Positions 46,315 through 54,953 of a stretch of DNA of 64,000 nt are shown here, in pieces. The DNA lies in IMG/VR virus record IMGVR_UViG_3300048892_000198, positions 32,001-96,000 of that record; one strand, written 5' to 3'. The notes beneath the pieces were generated by a model. That model saw nothing but the letters and a program-made list of their open reading frames with translations, was not told where the DNA came from and did no database searches. Position numbers and translations under genes: made by a program. The stretch's first letter is position 1; the number at the start of each line of letters is the position of its first letter. This stretch comes from a virus.

Positions 46315-47393
46315 TCCTCTTCAGCGTCGTGCTCATCGTGCCCTTGCTGTTCGTGCTGCTGGCGTTCTTCTTGTCGAAGAAGATCGTCTGGCAAGAGCTC
46401 CTCCTGATCATCGGGGCCCAAGCCATCGTCGCCGCCGCAGCCGCCGGCATCTGCTACTCCTCCAACATCTCGGACACCGAAACCTGGAACGGTTCGGTCA
46501 CCCGCAAGCGGCAGGTGGAGGTGTCCTGCTCGCATTCGTATTCGTGCAACTGCCGTGAGAGCTGCTCCGGATCCGGCAAGAATCAATCATGCTCCACCGT
46601 GTGCGACACCTGTTACGAGCACACCAATGACTGGGACTGGCGCGTGTGGTTCTCGACGGGGAGCGAGGTCAATGTCGAGCGCGTTGACCGACGCGGATCG
46701 GACATGCCCGACCGCTACAATCGAGTCGTGATCGGTGAGCCCATCGCCGAGACGCGCTCGTACGATAACTACGTCAAGGCCTCACCCGATTCTCTCTTCC
46801 GGCACCAGGGATTGGCCCAGAAGTACGCCGCCTCGCTCCCTGCTTATCCGGGGCACGTGTACGACTACTACCGCCTCGACCGCATCGTGCAAGTCGGCAC
46901 GCAGGTCCCCGATCTGCCCCAATGGAACCTCGATCTCGCGCGCCTCAACGCCGAGCTCGGCGCGCCGCGCCAGGTCAACGTCATCGTGGTGCTCGTGCAG
47001 CATCAGCCGGACGACTGGTACGACGCGCTCGAAGAGAAGTGGATCGGTGGCAAGAAAAACGACGTGGTACTGGTCGTCTCGCTCGATCGCGAGCGGAAAC
47101 CCGAGTGGGCGCGGGTGATGGCCTGGACCGTCAATCCGATCTTCAAGGTGAAGCTTCGGGACCAGATCATGGCGGCGCCCATCCTCGAGCGCTGGACCGT
47201 GATGGAAGCCCTCCGCTCGACCATCGTCGCCTACCACCACCGGAAACCCATGGCAGACTTCCAGTACCTGGCAGCCTCCATCACGCCGACCGGCACCGAG
47301 TGGACGGTGACGCTCCTCCTCGGATTCCTGGTCGCCGCCGGGCTCACCTGGCTCTTCCAAGTGAACGACTTCTTCGAAAACCCCTACCGCTAG
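46311..47393 (+). CDS. Membrane protein with Cys-rich loop and TPM-like periplasmic domain
   Basis: Two N-terminal TMs; CSHSYSCNC...CDTCYEH; WIGGKKNDVVLV; C-terminal TM. Confidence 0.8.
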   Translation: MILFSVVLIVPLLFVLLAFFLSKKIVWQELLLIIGAQAIVAAAAAGICYSSNISDTETWNGSVTRKRQVEVSCSHSYSCNCRESCSGSGKNQSCSTVCDTCYEHTNDWDWRVWFSTGSEVNVERVDRRGSDMPDRYNRVVIGEPIAETRSYDNYVKASPDSLFRHQGLAQKYAASLPAYPGHVYDYYRLDRIVQVGTQVPDLPQWNLDLARLNAELGAPRQVNVIVVLVQHQPDDWYDALEEKWIGGKKNDVVLVVSLDRERKPEWARVMAWTVNPIFKVKLRDQIMAAPILERWTVMEALRSTIVAYHHRKPMADFQYLAASITPTGTEWTVTLLLGFLVAAGLTWLFQVNDFFENPYR

Positions 47394-47399
47394 GAACCC

Positions 47400-47978
47400 A
47401 TGTCAAACGCCATCAAAGCCCTCCTGATCGCCTTTGTGCTCTTCGTCGTGTGCGGCCTGACCGTCACGAGCTGCGTCGTCGGCACCAACAACGACTGCGT
47501 GCGCCAAGAGGCAGGCCTCAAGGCCCAGTACTCCCAAAACCAGAACAACTACTCGAGCTACTTCAACAAGCTGAAGGAGACGGCTCAAGTGCCTGCCATG
47601 TACGCCGGCGACCTCGAGAAGATCTTCGCCGACACCATGAAGGGGCGATACGGCGCCGACGGATCGAAGGCGGCGTTCTCGTTTATTCAGGAGCACAACC
47701 CTTCCATCGATCCGAAGATGTACGTGCAGATCCAGCAGGTCATCGAGTCGGGCCGCGACAGCTTCGAGGCCGACCAGAAAACGCTGCTCGACAAAAAGCG
47801 GATCTACGAAGTGACGCTGGCGGAGTTCCCGGGGGGAAGCCTCGCACACATGCTCGGCTTCCCCAAAACGAATCTCGCCATCTATGACATCGTCACGAAC
47901 GACGAGACGACCAAAGCCTTCGCGACGAAGAAAGCGGGGCCCATTTCGCTCGCCGCTCCCGTGCCGACGGCGCAATGA
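47400..47978 (+). CDS. LemA-like membrane-anchored coiled-coil protein
   Basis: N-terminal TM; NN..VRQE..LKAQY; FPG..LA..LGFP. Confidence 0.7.
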   Translation: MSNAIKALLIAFVLFVVCGLTVTSCVVGTNNDCVRQEAGLKAQYSQNQNNYSSYFNKLKETAQVPAMYAGDLEKIFADTMKGRYGADGSKAAFSFIQEHNPSIDPKMYVQIQQVIESGRDSFEADQKTLLDKKRIYEVTLAEFPGGSLAHMLGFPKTNLAIYDIVTNDETTKAFATKKAGPISLAAPVPTAQ

Positions 47979-48217
47979 CACGGAAACCCACCCGGCGCGA
48001 TCTGCTGGTGGTGATCGGACGCCTGCAGAACCTGATCGGCGTCGCCCGCATGAACTACGAAGACGACCGCAACCAGAACGGCATCGAGCACGGGCGCGCG
48101 GCGGCTGCCGAAGCGCACTCGCTGTGCATCGGCGCGTTGAGTCAAGACCCACCGGTCGATGTCACTCGCGGCCCATGGGCCGCGAGGGAGCTCTTGCAGC
48201 GGCGGCTGAGGAAGTGA
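47975..48217 (+). CDS. Hypothetical protein
   Basis: Coupled ORF. Confidence 0.6.
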   Translation: MTRKPTRRDLLVVIGRLQNLIGVARMNYEDDRNQNGIEHGRAAAAEAHSLCIGALSQDPPVDVTRGPWAARELLQRRLRK

Positions 48218-48411
48218 CCCGAAAGAACCACATGCTGCGCGACGCCGAAAAGGACTTGGTGTTCGCGGTCGGCAAGCTCCAGTCAGGTAACCGCGTCGCT
48301 GCCTACCTGAACGCCCTAATGGCCATCGTGCACATCGGCCAGGCGATGACGGAAGCAGAGCATCAGCAGGCACTGCTCGCGACGACGCGAGCAGTGGAGT
48401 CAACACAATGA
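48214..48411 (+). CDS. Hypothetical protein
   Basis: GTGA coupling. Confidence 0.5.
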   Translation: MTRKNHMLRDAEKDLVFAVGKLQSGNRVAAYLNALMAIVHIGQAMTEAEHQQALLATTRAVESTQ

Positions 48412-48641
48412 ACAAAACAGAAACGAGCGGCGGCTTCACGGTCACTCTGCTGGCCGGGAACCAAGAGCTGGTGCTGAGTGGGCCCATTAGTGGGCCGTTC
48501 TTAAATGTTTCGATCCGTGAAGCGTTTCCGGAGATGAGTGACCACTCGCTCAGGATGATCGCGCGAGCACTGGCCGAGTGCTACCTCGCGGGCAGGCGCG
48601 ACAAGATGAGTCAGATCAAGACAGCGCTGGAGACCCCATGA
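48408..48641 (+). CDS. Hypothetical protein
   Basis: RBS GGAG; coupled. Confidence 0.6.
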   Translation: MNKTETSGGFTVTLLAGNQELVLSGPISGPFLNVSIREAFPEMSDHSLRMIARALAECYLAGRRDKMSQIKTALETP

Positions 48642-48856
48642 CGCGCGACGAGCTCCGAGTCTACGCCCAAGCAATCATCGGTGAGCTGTACGATATAGAC
48701 GGCGATCTGCGTCGCGTCGATACGGATTCGCGTCTCGATGAGGATTACAAGATCGAGCGCCAGCCGAAGTTCAAGCGGGAGTTCTTTGAAGAGCTTGAGC
48801 GTCGCGCCAAGGCCCTGCACGAGCACATGTACGGTCCCGACAGTCCCTATGGCTAA
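48638..48856 (+). CDS. Hypothetical protein
   Basis: ATGA coupling. Confidence 0.55.
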   Translation: MTRDELRVYAQAIIGELYDIDGDLRRVDTDSRLDEDYKIERQPKFKREFFEELERRAKALHEHMYGPDSPYG

Positions 48857-49085
48857 GAAAGAAAAGTCCCTCACCCTGATGGAGGTGCTCGGCATGCTGC
48901 AAGAATCGGAGCAGCGCGAGGCATGGCTCCGCGACGAAAACGCCCTCCTCCGCCAGCGCTTGCTCCTGCACGAAAACGATCGCGTCGTCCGAAGCCTCGT
49001 GCACGTGCCCGGCCCGGATGGGTCGCAGGGCGAGCTCATCGTGCTCGACGAACTCACCCTGCAGTATCGCTTGCCCCCAACTTGA
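48849..49085 (+). CDS. Hypothetical protein
   Basis: Start MAKKEKS overlapping the previous stop. Confidence 0.55.
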   Translation: MAKKEKSLTLMEVLGMLQESEQREAWLRDENALLRQRLLLHENDRVVRSLVHVPGPDGSQGELIVLDELTLQYRLPPT

Positions 49086-49111
49086 CCCTCCCCTTCCCCC
49101 TTAGGTACAAC
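49082..49111 (+). promoter_or_regulatory. Class-1-like promoter TTGACC-N18-TACAAC
   Basis: 7 nt before ATG 49119. Confidence 0.5.
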
Positions 49112-49118
49112 GCGCCCC

Positions 49119-49721
49119 ATGGATCTCCTGACTGCCATCTTCGACTCGCTCATGCGCATGACGCCCCACAATACGGACACCGAGTCCAAAGTAGAGCGCA
49201 TCGCCCGCATGCACATCATCGCCCCCGCCATCCACGACGCGACGCTGCGCGCCTCGTGCTCAGGTAGCTTTGCAGTACCGGACTGCAAGCCCATCTTTTC
49301 CGATCGCCGCACGCTCGCGGGGCTCCTCCTCGGCAAAGGCCACTTCGAATCGGACTTCGCCGAATACGTGCACGAAGGTCACTGCCTCGATGGCCCGGTC
49401 GGCGCGCGCTGCGACGCCGACAAGAACGGCGTCCCCCGCGCCCACGGCCCCTGGCAGCAATGGAAGATCTCCGTCTTCCCCCAAGAAGACTGGGACAAGC
49501 TCGAGGGCTCGACGCCCGAGGCGACCGAGCTTGCGGCCTGGCACGCAGCCGTGCTCCTCGCCGGCTCGCGCTCGTCGTGCCGGAACGCTTACAACGGCGA
49601 CGAGATCCAGGCGGCCATCGCGGGGTTTTCTGGGTCGTGCACGATGCGGATGCGGCCTGAGAAGATCGCCTACCAGGCCTCGGTCGTCAGAAAGATCTTG
49701 GCGACGCTGCCGGCGGAGTGA
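49119..49721 (+). CDS. Lysozyme-fold/lytic transglycosylase-like protein (candidate endolysin)
   Basis: Helix ending HFESDF (catalytic Glu position); D..G...HGPWQ equivalent to the GLMQ motif. Confidence 0.55.
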   Translation: MDLLTAIFDSLMRMTPHNTDTESKVERIARMHIIAPAIHDATLRASCSGSFAVPDCKPIFSDRRTLAGLLLGKGHFESDFAEYVHEGHCLDGPVGARCDADKNGVPRAHGPWQQWKISVFPQEDWDKLEGSTPEATELAAWHAAVLLAGSRSSCRNAYNGDEIQAAIAGFSGSCTMRMRPEKIAYQASVVRKILATLPAE

Positions 49722-49724
49722 AGC

Positions 49725-50114
49725 ATGATGGGCCTTTGGCACAACGGCTGGTGCTCGTTCCTCACGGCGCATCACCCCGACTCCTGGGGCTATGGCTACT
49801 CGGGCACCGAGGCTGAGGCCCTCGCAGGGCAGGCGCAATTCGTGAAGGAAGGCATGCCCGCTTCCGAGTACGCGGTCGCCCCTTTCGACCATCTTCGCGA
49901 TCCGATCGTGAGACCGGGTAAGCCATCGACGGTGCAGCTAGCCGCAATGCAGGCCATTGGGATTAACCGCGGCCCCTACCTGAAGGCGACGTACTCAGCG
50001 CTGCTCAATCACGGCTGGATCTGCAACAGTGTCACCGCGGAAGGTCAACAGGCGCAGCCGCATCTACGGCTCACGGCAGCGGGCAGAAAGTTCCTGGAGC
50101 TCAGCACTCCGTAA
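49725..50114 (+). CDS. Hypothetical protein with C-terminal winged-helix-like motif
   Basis: TYSALLNHGWI...LTAAGR. Confidence 0.5.
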   Translation: MMGLWHNGWCSFLTAHHPDSWGYGYSGTEAEALAGQAQFVKEGMPASEYAVAPFDHLRDPIVRPGKPSTVQLAAMQAIGINRGPYLKATYSALLNHGWICNSVTAEGQQAQPHLRLTAAGRKFLELSTP

Positions 50115-50713
50115 CCCGACACGGCGTGCGAGCCAATCAGATCCATAAACACCTGCTGCCCCATCGCGTAAGCCGGCGCCTCGAACGGATTGGTCTCCGG
50201 ATGCCCCGCTTGCGCTGCCGCTTTTCCCTCGCGGTACTGCTCGTGCGTCATGCCCGTCGCGTACTCGGCGACGTGGAAAAGTTCATGGGCGAGCGTGCTC
50301 ATGGAGGTCGGGCTCGTGAAGAGCACGTTCGGGTCCTTGAAGTAGATGTCCCGGTCGAGTGTCGCGGCGACGGCGCCCTCGGGCGCGGGCGCGCCGCCGC
50401 GCCATTGCCCCCACTGCCCGAGGTGGAGCACGGCCACACCGAGGAGCTCCGGGCGGTAGTAGGCGCTGAGCACCGACTTTTCCCAGTTGGTCAGGGTGCG
50501 CGTCACGGCCCCCGCCGTCAAAAACGCGCTCGGCGGCGGCGAGTCCCAAGCAGACAGCGTCGGCCCGGTCGGCGTGTCCGGCGGCCGCACCCCGGGAGGC
50601 GCCGCTGCCTCGGCCACCACCCGCGCCTCTCGCCGTTTTCCCCACAGGTAGAGCCCCGCGCCCGCGGCGAGCACCACCCCGACGGCGAGCTTGTATTCGA
50701 ACGGCACCGGCAT
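50045..50713 (-). CDS. N-terminally anchored zincin metallopeptidase (DUF4157-like)
   Basis: Start moved to MPVPFEY; TM; ATLDRDIYF; LAHELFHVAEY (HExxH); NPFEAPAY. Confidence 0.75.
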   Translation of the reverse strand: MPVPFEYKLAVGVVLAAGAGLYLWGKRREARVVAEAAAPPGVRPPDTPTGPTLSAWDSPPPSAFLTAGAVTRTLTNWEKSVLSAYYRPELLGVAVLHLGQWGQWRGGAPAPEGAVAATLDRDIYFKDPNVLFTSPTSMSTLAHELFHVAEYATGMTHEQYREGKAAAQAGHPETNPFEAPAYAMGQQVFMDLIGSHAVSGYGVLSSRNFLPAAVSRRCGCAC

Positions 50714-50722
50714 TCCACAAAG

Positions 50723-50760
50723 AGCTTGCCAGTGCTCGGGAGGCCGGAGCAAGCTTTTGG
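50723..50760 (-). promoter_or_regulatory. Class-1-like promoter AAAAGC-TTGCTC-N18-CAAGCT
   Basis: Upstream of the zincin; conserved spacing. Confidence 0.5.
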
Positions 50761-50873
50761 TCCCGTAACCGGGCCTGCGTGTGAAGGGGCAGGTAAAACT
50801 CAGTGGGCGCGCTCGAGTCCAAAGGGCTGTGACACGGCCAGCCACGGGCGCGCCCCGCCTGAACATCGCTCGG

Positions 50874-50908
50874 AAAACTTTCGTTCCGGCCCCGCCCCGC
50901 GCTATCCT
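50874..50908 (+). promoter_or_regulatory. Class-1-like promoter AAAAC-TTTCGT-N18-TATCCT
   Basis: 7 nt before GTG 50916. Confidence 0.55.
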
Positions 50909-50915
50909 CGGGTCC

Positions 50916-51326
50916 GTGTCGTTCGATTCCTTCGACTCCAGCGCCTATCCGGGCTTCGGTGACGACGCCAGCGTCCCAGCTCCAGCTCCGGTGCCCGCGG
51001 CGCCTCCCCCTCAGGCCATGGCGCCGCTCCCGGCTCCCGCCCCTGCCACGACGCCTGCCGCCGCGCGCCGCCGCGCCGGCGCCGCCATCGTGCTCACGGG
51101 CGTCGGCGTCGGCACGGGCGCCCTCCTCGGTGGTCTCTGGGGCGCCGGCAGCGGTCTCTTTCTCTCAGGCGCCCTCTCGAACGCCCTCCGCGCCGCAGTG
51201 CTCTGGCGATCGGACTACGCCGACGACCGCAAGGAAGCGACCAAGGCCACGGTGATGACCATCCTTGGCGTCGGCATCGGCGGCTACCTCGGCTACCGCG
51301 CGAAGCAAGCGCGGGATGACGACTGA
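50916..51326 (+). CDS. Membrane protein with GFGD motif
   Basis: YPGFGDD, Pro/Ala linker, Gly-rich TM segments. Confidence 0.75.
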   Translation: MSFDSFDSSAYPGFGDDASVPAPAPVPAAPPPQAMAPLPAPAPATTPAAARRRAGAAIVLTGVGVGTGALLGGLWGAGSGLFLSGALSNALRAAVLWRSDYADDRKEATKATVMTILGVGIGGYLGYRAKQARDDD

Positions 51327-51338
51327 AAGGATCTGACC

Positions 51339-51665
51339 ATGAGCTACGTCGCGCTCCCGCCTACTCCCCGCCTCGTGCGCCCGCTTGCGCCGTCCCGCTT
51401 CGGACGCGGCCTCAAGGGCCTTGGCACGATGCTCGATGACAATATGTTTACGAGCGCGTGGTACTTGCCGCTGGTCGAGAAGATCAACAAGGTGACCGGC
51501 GCTCGCTCGTACGCCTGGGCGCCTTACAAGTACCTATCCAATTGGGATGCGCTCAGTTACAACATGAGCTTCACGCAGTATACCCCGACCACTCAGCAAG
51601 AGTCGACGCTCTACCAGTGGGACGGATCGAGCTGGCGCAAAACCAGCGTGCAGTCAGACGCCTGA
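51339..51665 (+). CDS. Small protein with basic leader and GLG motif
   Basis: RFGRGLKGLGTMLDD; RBS AAGGA. Confidence 0.75.
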   Translation: MSYVALPPTPRLVRPLAPSRFGRGLKGLGTMLDDNMFTSAWYLPLVEKINKVTGARSYAWAPYKYLSNWDALSYNMSFTQYTPTTQQESTLYQWDGSSWRKTSVQSDA

Positions 51666-51680
51666 AGGATCCCAAGCCAA

Positions 51681-52520
51681 ATGAGTGAAGTCGTATTGAT
51701 GGACGGGCAGTGGACGATGTGTCGGTTTCTCCGGCCCTTCGAAAACTTCGAGCGCGTCTACCAGGGCAAAGACGGCACGACTCCGATCGCCTTCCCGGGC
51801 GACTTGGATCTCTTCGCGCAGAAGGGCGTGACGGGTTACGACCCGAACCTCATGGCGGGCGTGACCGTGCCCTACGGATCGCGCGTCACGATTTGGATCC
51901 CGCAGACCATTGCGGGCACCGTGGTCGACGCCCTCTACCAGTACCAGATCCTCTGGCGTCTCCGGAACGTCCGCGACTACCGAGCGGGACAAGCCGAGGG
52001 GCAAGCAACGCCCAATCAAAACTACTCGGGCTACCACCTATCGACGAGCGGCTTCGGTCAGCCCGAAGTCGCCGGGGCCCAGCCCAATTCCCCGAACTCC
52101 CGCTTCTTCATTCCGGGCGCGGTGCGTACGGCGGCTTTCCCGCAAGCCGAGCCCGCAAGCGGGCTCTCGGGCGTCGTGCACCTGACGGGTGAAATGCTGA
52201 CGCCGACCCTCGATCCCATCTGGGTGCAGCCCCTCACGCCGAAGGGCACTCCCGGGATCTGGCAGCAGGGCGCCTATGTCGGCAGCTCCCACACGAACAA
52301 CGGCGGACCCTCGTGGCTGACGTTTGAGTGTCAGGCGCTCGGCGACGAGATGAGCATCTTGGCTTTCAAGATCCCGCCCGGCGAAGGCTCGCCTCCCGCC
52401 TGGGATTTCTCCGCCGCCGCCCCCGGCGACCTTTCCTTCTCGAACACCTTCGGCAACGGCAATGGGCAGAATCAGCGCACGCCCTACACGTCGATCCTGG
52501 TGACGACGGGCACGTCGTAA
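51681..52520 (+). CDS. Probable structural beta-rich protein (279 aa)
   Basis: RBS AAGGA; G/P/aromatic-rich; in the operon with GLG proteins. Confidence 0.75.
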   Translation: MSEVVLMDGQWTMCRFLRPFENFERVYQGKDGTTPIAFPGDLDLFAQKGVTGYDPNLMAGVTVPYGSRVTIWIPQTIAGTVVDALYQYQILWRLRNVRDYRAGQAEGQATPNQNYSGYHLSTSGFGQPEVAGAQPNSPNSRFFIPGAVRTAAFPQAEPASGLSGVVHLTGEMLTPTLDPIWVQPLTPKGTPGIWQQGAYVGSSHTNNGGPSWLTFECQALGDEMSILAFKIPPGEGSPPAWDFSAAAPGDLSFSNTFGNGNGQNQRTPYTSILVTTGTS

Positions 52521-52619
52521 GCAGAGGCAGCTCGGGCGCCTACGGAAGGACCATGCTGCGCACCACTCACTACGGCGAGCCCATAGACAGCAGGCAACTG
52601 TCTCACTAAGCTCGCGCAC

Positions 52620-53936
52620 ATGATCAGCGTCTTCACGCCACTGTCCGCGAGTGGCAACCAATACATCTACGCCGCCTACGAAACACTCAAGGCCCAGACG
52701 ATCCAGGACTGGGAGTGGATCGTGCTCGAAAACCACGGCGGAGCCTTGCCGAAGAACATCCGCAAGGATCCGCGCGTCAAGCTCGCCGGCGACACACGGC
52801 TCCAGGGCATCGGCGCACTGAAGCGCCGCTGCTGTGAGCTCTCGAGCGGCGAGTATTTGTTCGAGTTCGATCACGATGACTTGCTTCATGAGACGGCGCT
52901 CGAGAAAGCGATGGCGGCCTTCGATGACGGCGCGGACTTCGTGTTCTCGGACACGGCGGAGTTCAAGGACAAGACGTGGGAGCCCAACTGCTACGGGGCG
53001 GAGTACGGGTGGACGCATTACCCGGTGGAGTTTCAGGGGCATCAGCTTTTGGCTCAGCCCAATCCCCCGGTGACGCCCCACAATCTCCGCCTCATCGACT
53101 GGTCCCCGAATCACTTCCGCGCCTTCCGCAAGGAAGCGTACCTCGCGGTCGGCGGCCACAGCCCCGAGCTCCACGTCGGCGACGATCACGATCTGATGCT
53201 GCGCTTCTTCCTGATGGGGAAGATCTTCAAGCACGTGCCCGAGTGCCTCTACTTCTATCGAGTGCACGCAAAACAGACGACCAACGCCAACGTTGGCAAC
53301 GCGAAGATCCGGCAGGTGACCGAAGCACTCTACGACAAGCACATCTTCGATCTGGCGGAGAAGTGGTGCTTGGATCACCAGCTGGACTTGGTGGGAAACT
53401 CATACAAGAAGATCGATCTCTGTGGGGCGATCGACACGTACAAGGATTACTTTCCGCTCGACAAATCCCTCGGCCACGACCTCGACGAACGCTGGCCGCT
53501 CAATGACGACTCCGTCGGCGTCATCCGCGCCTTCGATGCCATCGAGCACCTGAAAGATCCCATCCACACCATGAACGAAGCCTACCGTGTGCTGGCGCCC
53601 GGAGGCTTCTTCTTGATTCAAGTCCCGTCGACAACCGGTCCTATCATCCGTACGCCAGCGATGGATGGCGGCGAATTCCATTGGGTCGCGAGCGCGGGCC
53701 GCGGCGCCTTCCAAGATCCGACCCACGTCTCCTTCTGGAACGAAAATTCCTTCTGGTACTACACGAAGCGGGATCTCGCGCGCTACATCCCGCACATGAC
53801 CGCGCGCTTTCAGGTCTCGCGGCTCCGCACCTTCTTCCCCTCGAGCTTCCACGCCGAGCACGCCATCCCCTACGTGGAGGCGCACCTCATCGCGCTCAAA
53901 GACGGCTACAGCCCCATGGGCCGGGTGGAGATCTGA
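52620..53936 (+). CDS. Glycosyltransferase family 2 fused to class I SAM methyltransferase-like domain
   Basis: ISVFTP...QTIQDWEWIV...FDHDD...GDDHDL...LYFYR; then IDL...WPLNDDSV...DAIEHL...EAYRVLAPGG...AFQDPTH. Confidence 0.9.
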   Translation: MISVFTPLSASGNQYIYAAYETLKAQTIQDWEWIVLENHGGALPKNIRKDPRVKLAGDTRLQGIGALKRRCCELSSGEYLFEFDHDDLLHETALEKAMAAFDDGADFVFSDTAEFKDKTWEPNCYGAEYGWTHYPVEFQGHQLLAQPNPPVTPHNLRLIDWSPNHFRAFRKEAYLAVGGHSPELHVGDDHDLMLRFFLMGKIFKHVPECLYFYRVHAKQTTNANVGNAKIRQVTEALYDKHIFDLAEKWCLDHQLDLVGNSYKKIDLCGAIDTYKDYFPLDKSLGHDLDERWPLNDDSVGVIRAFDAIEHLKDPIHTMNEAYRVLAPGGFFLIQVPSTTGPIIRTPAMDGGEFHWVASAGRGAFQDPTHVSFWNENSFWYYTKRDLARYIPHMTARFQVSRLRTFFPSSFHAEHAIPYVEAHLIALKDGYSPMGRVEI

Positions 53937-53939
53937 AGA

Positions 53940-53972
53940 GGGAAGATCCTCGCTCCGCCCAGCGTAGCACCT
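53940..53972 (+). promoter_or_regulatory. Class-2 promoter GGGAAGATC-N14-CGTAGCACCT
   Basis: 3 nt before ATG 53976; boxes identical to 42995..43027. Confidence 0.7.
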
Positions 53973-53975
53973 ACC

Positions 53976-54641
53976 ATGACCCAGCCGGCCGTTTCCATCG
54001 TGACCGAAAACCACACGCTTCGCGCGCGAGTCCAGGCGGCGCGAGCCGAGCTGGCAAACGCCCAGCAGGCGGTCGATGCAATCGTCGAGCCCTCTGACGA
54101 CTGCGCCGAGGGCCACCGGGTGAGTGCCGCTGAGGACCGCCTGCGCGCGGCCCAGCTGGCGCTCATTGGCTCCGACTGCCCGCGCGAGTGGACGCTCCGT
54201 GAAGGAGGCTACGAGTACGACACCATCACCGCCGACTCACCCGAAGAGGCGCTCGAGGAAGCCCGGAGCAACGTCGACCGCTCGAACTATTCCTCTTGCG
54301 AAGGCACGCTCTGGATCGATGTGCGCGTCGATTGCGAGGAGACCGGCGAAAGCGACTCGGACAGCGTCACCCTCGAGCCCGACGCGCCCTCCTGCTCGGA
54401 CGATCACGAGCATGAGTGGTGCTCGCCTCACGCGCTCGTCGGCGGCCTCGAAGAAAACCCCGGTGTCCATGGCCACGGCGGCGGCGTCATCATCACCGAG
54501 GTGTGCCGCCACTGCGGCTGCAAGCGCGTGACCGATACCTGGGCCCAGCGCCCCGACACCGGCGAGCAGGGCCTCCGCTCAGTCTCCTATGAAGAAGACG
54601 CCTACACGGCGGAAGAGCTCGCCGAGGTCGAGTGGGAATGA
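53976..54641 (+). CDS. Acidic hypothetical protein with C-terminal Zn motif
   Basis: HEHEW...ENPGVHGHGGG...CRHCG. Confidence 0.75.
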   Translation: MTQPAVSIVTENHTLRARVQAARAELANAQQAVDAIVEPSDDCAEGHRVSAAEDRLRAAQLALIGSDCPREWTLREGGYEYDTITADSPEEALEEARSNVDRSNYSSCEGTLWIDVRVDCEETGESDSDSVTLEPDAPSCSDDHEHEWCSPHALVGGLEENPGVHGHGGGVIITEVCRHCGCKRVTDTWAQRPDTGEQGLRSVSYEEDAYTAEELAEVEWE

Positions 54642-54758
54642 GCGCCTTGGTCGAGCATGTGTTCGCGGTGATCGGTTGCATCACTGTGGCGGTATGCACT
54701 GTCCTGGGACTGTGCGTGGCGCTCGGGATCATCAAACTGAGAGGCACTCTGACGCACC

Positions 54759-54953
54759 ATGACGACGACGAATAAGATCATTCGGCACGCGGCGACTTGC
54801 CGTTGCGCGCTCTGCCGAAAGGTGGACGAGATCATCGGTCGGGAAGGAAAACGCCGAGCATTGCCCGGAGAGCCGAGGGTTGACTACTTCGTTACGAGCC
54901 CTGCCTCTGAGACCGCTGTCTGGGTGCCGGTATTCGTCTCCGCATCCTCATGA
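54759..54953 (+). CDS. Small hypothetical protein
   Basis: H...CRCALC motif. Confidence 0.45.
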   Translation: MTTTNKIIRHAATCRCALCRKVDEIIGREGKRRALPGEPRVDYFVTSPASETAVWVPVFVSASS

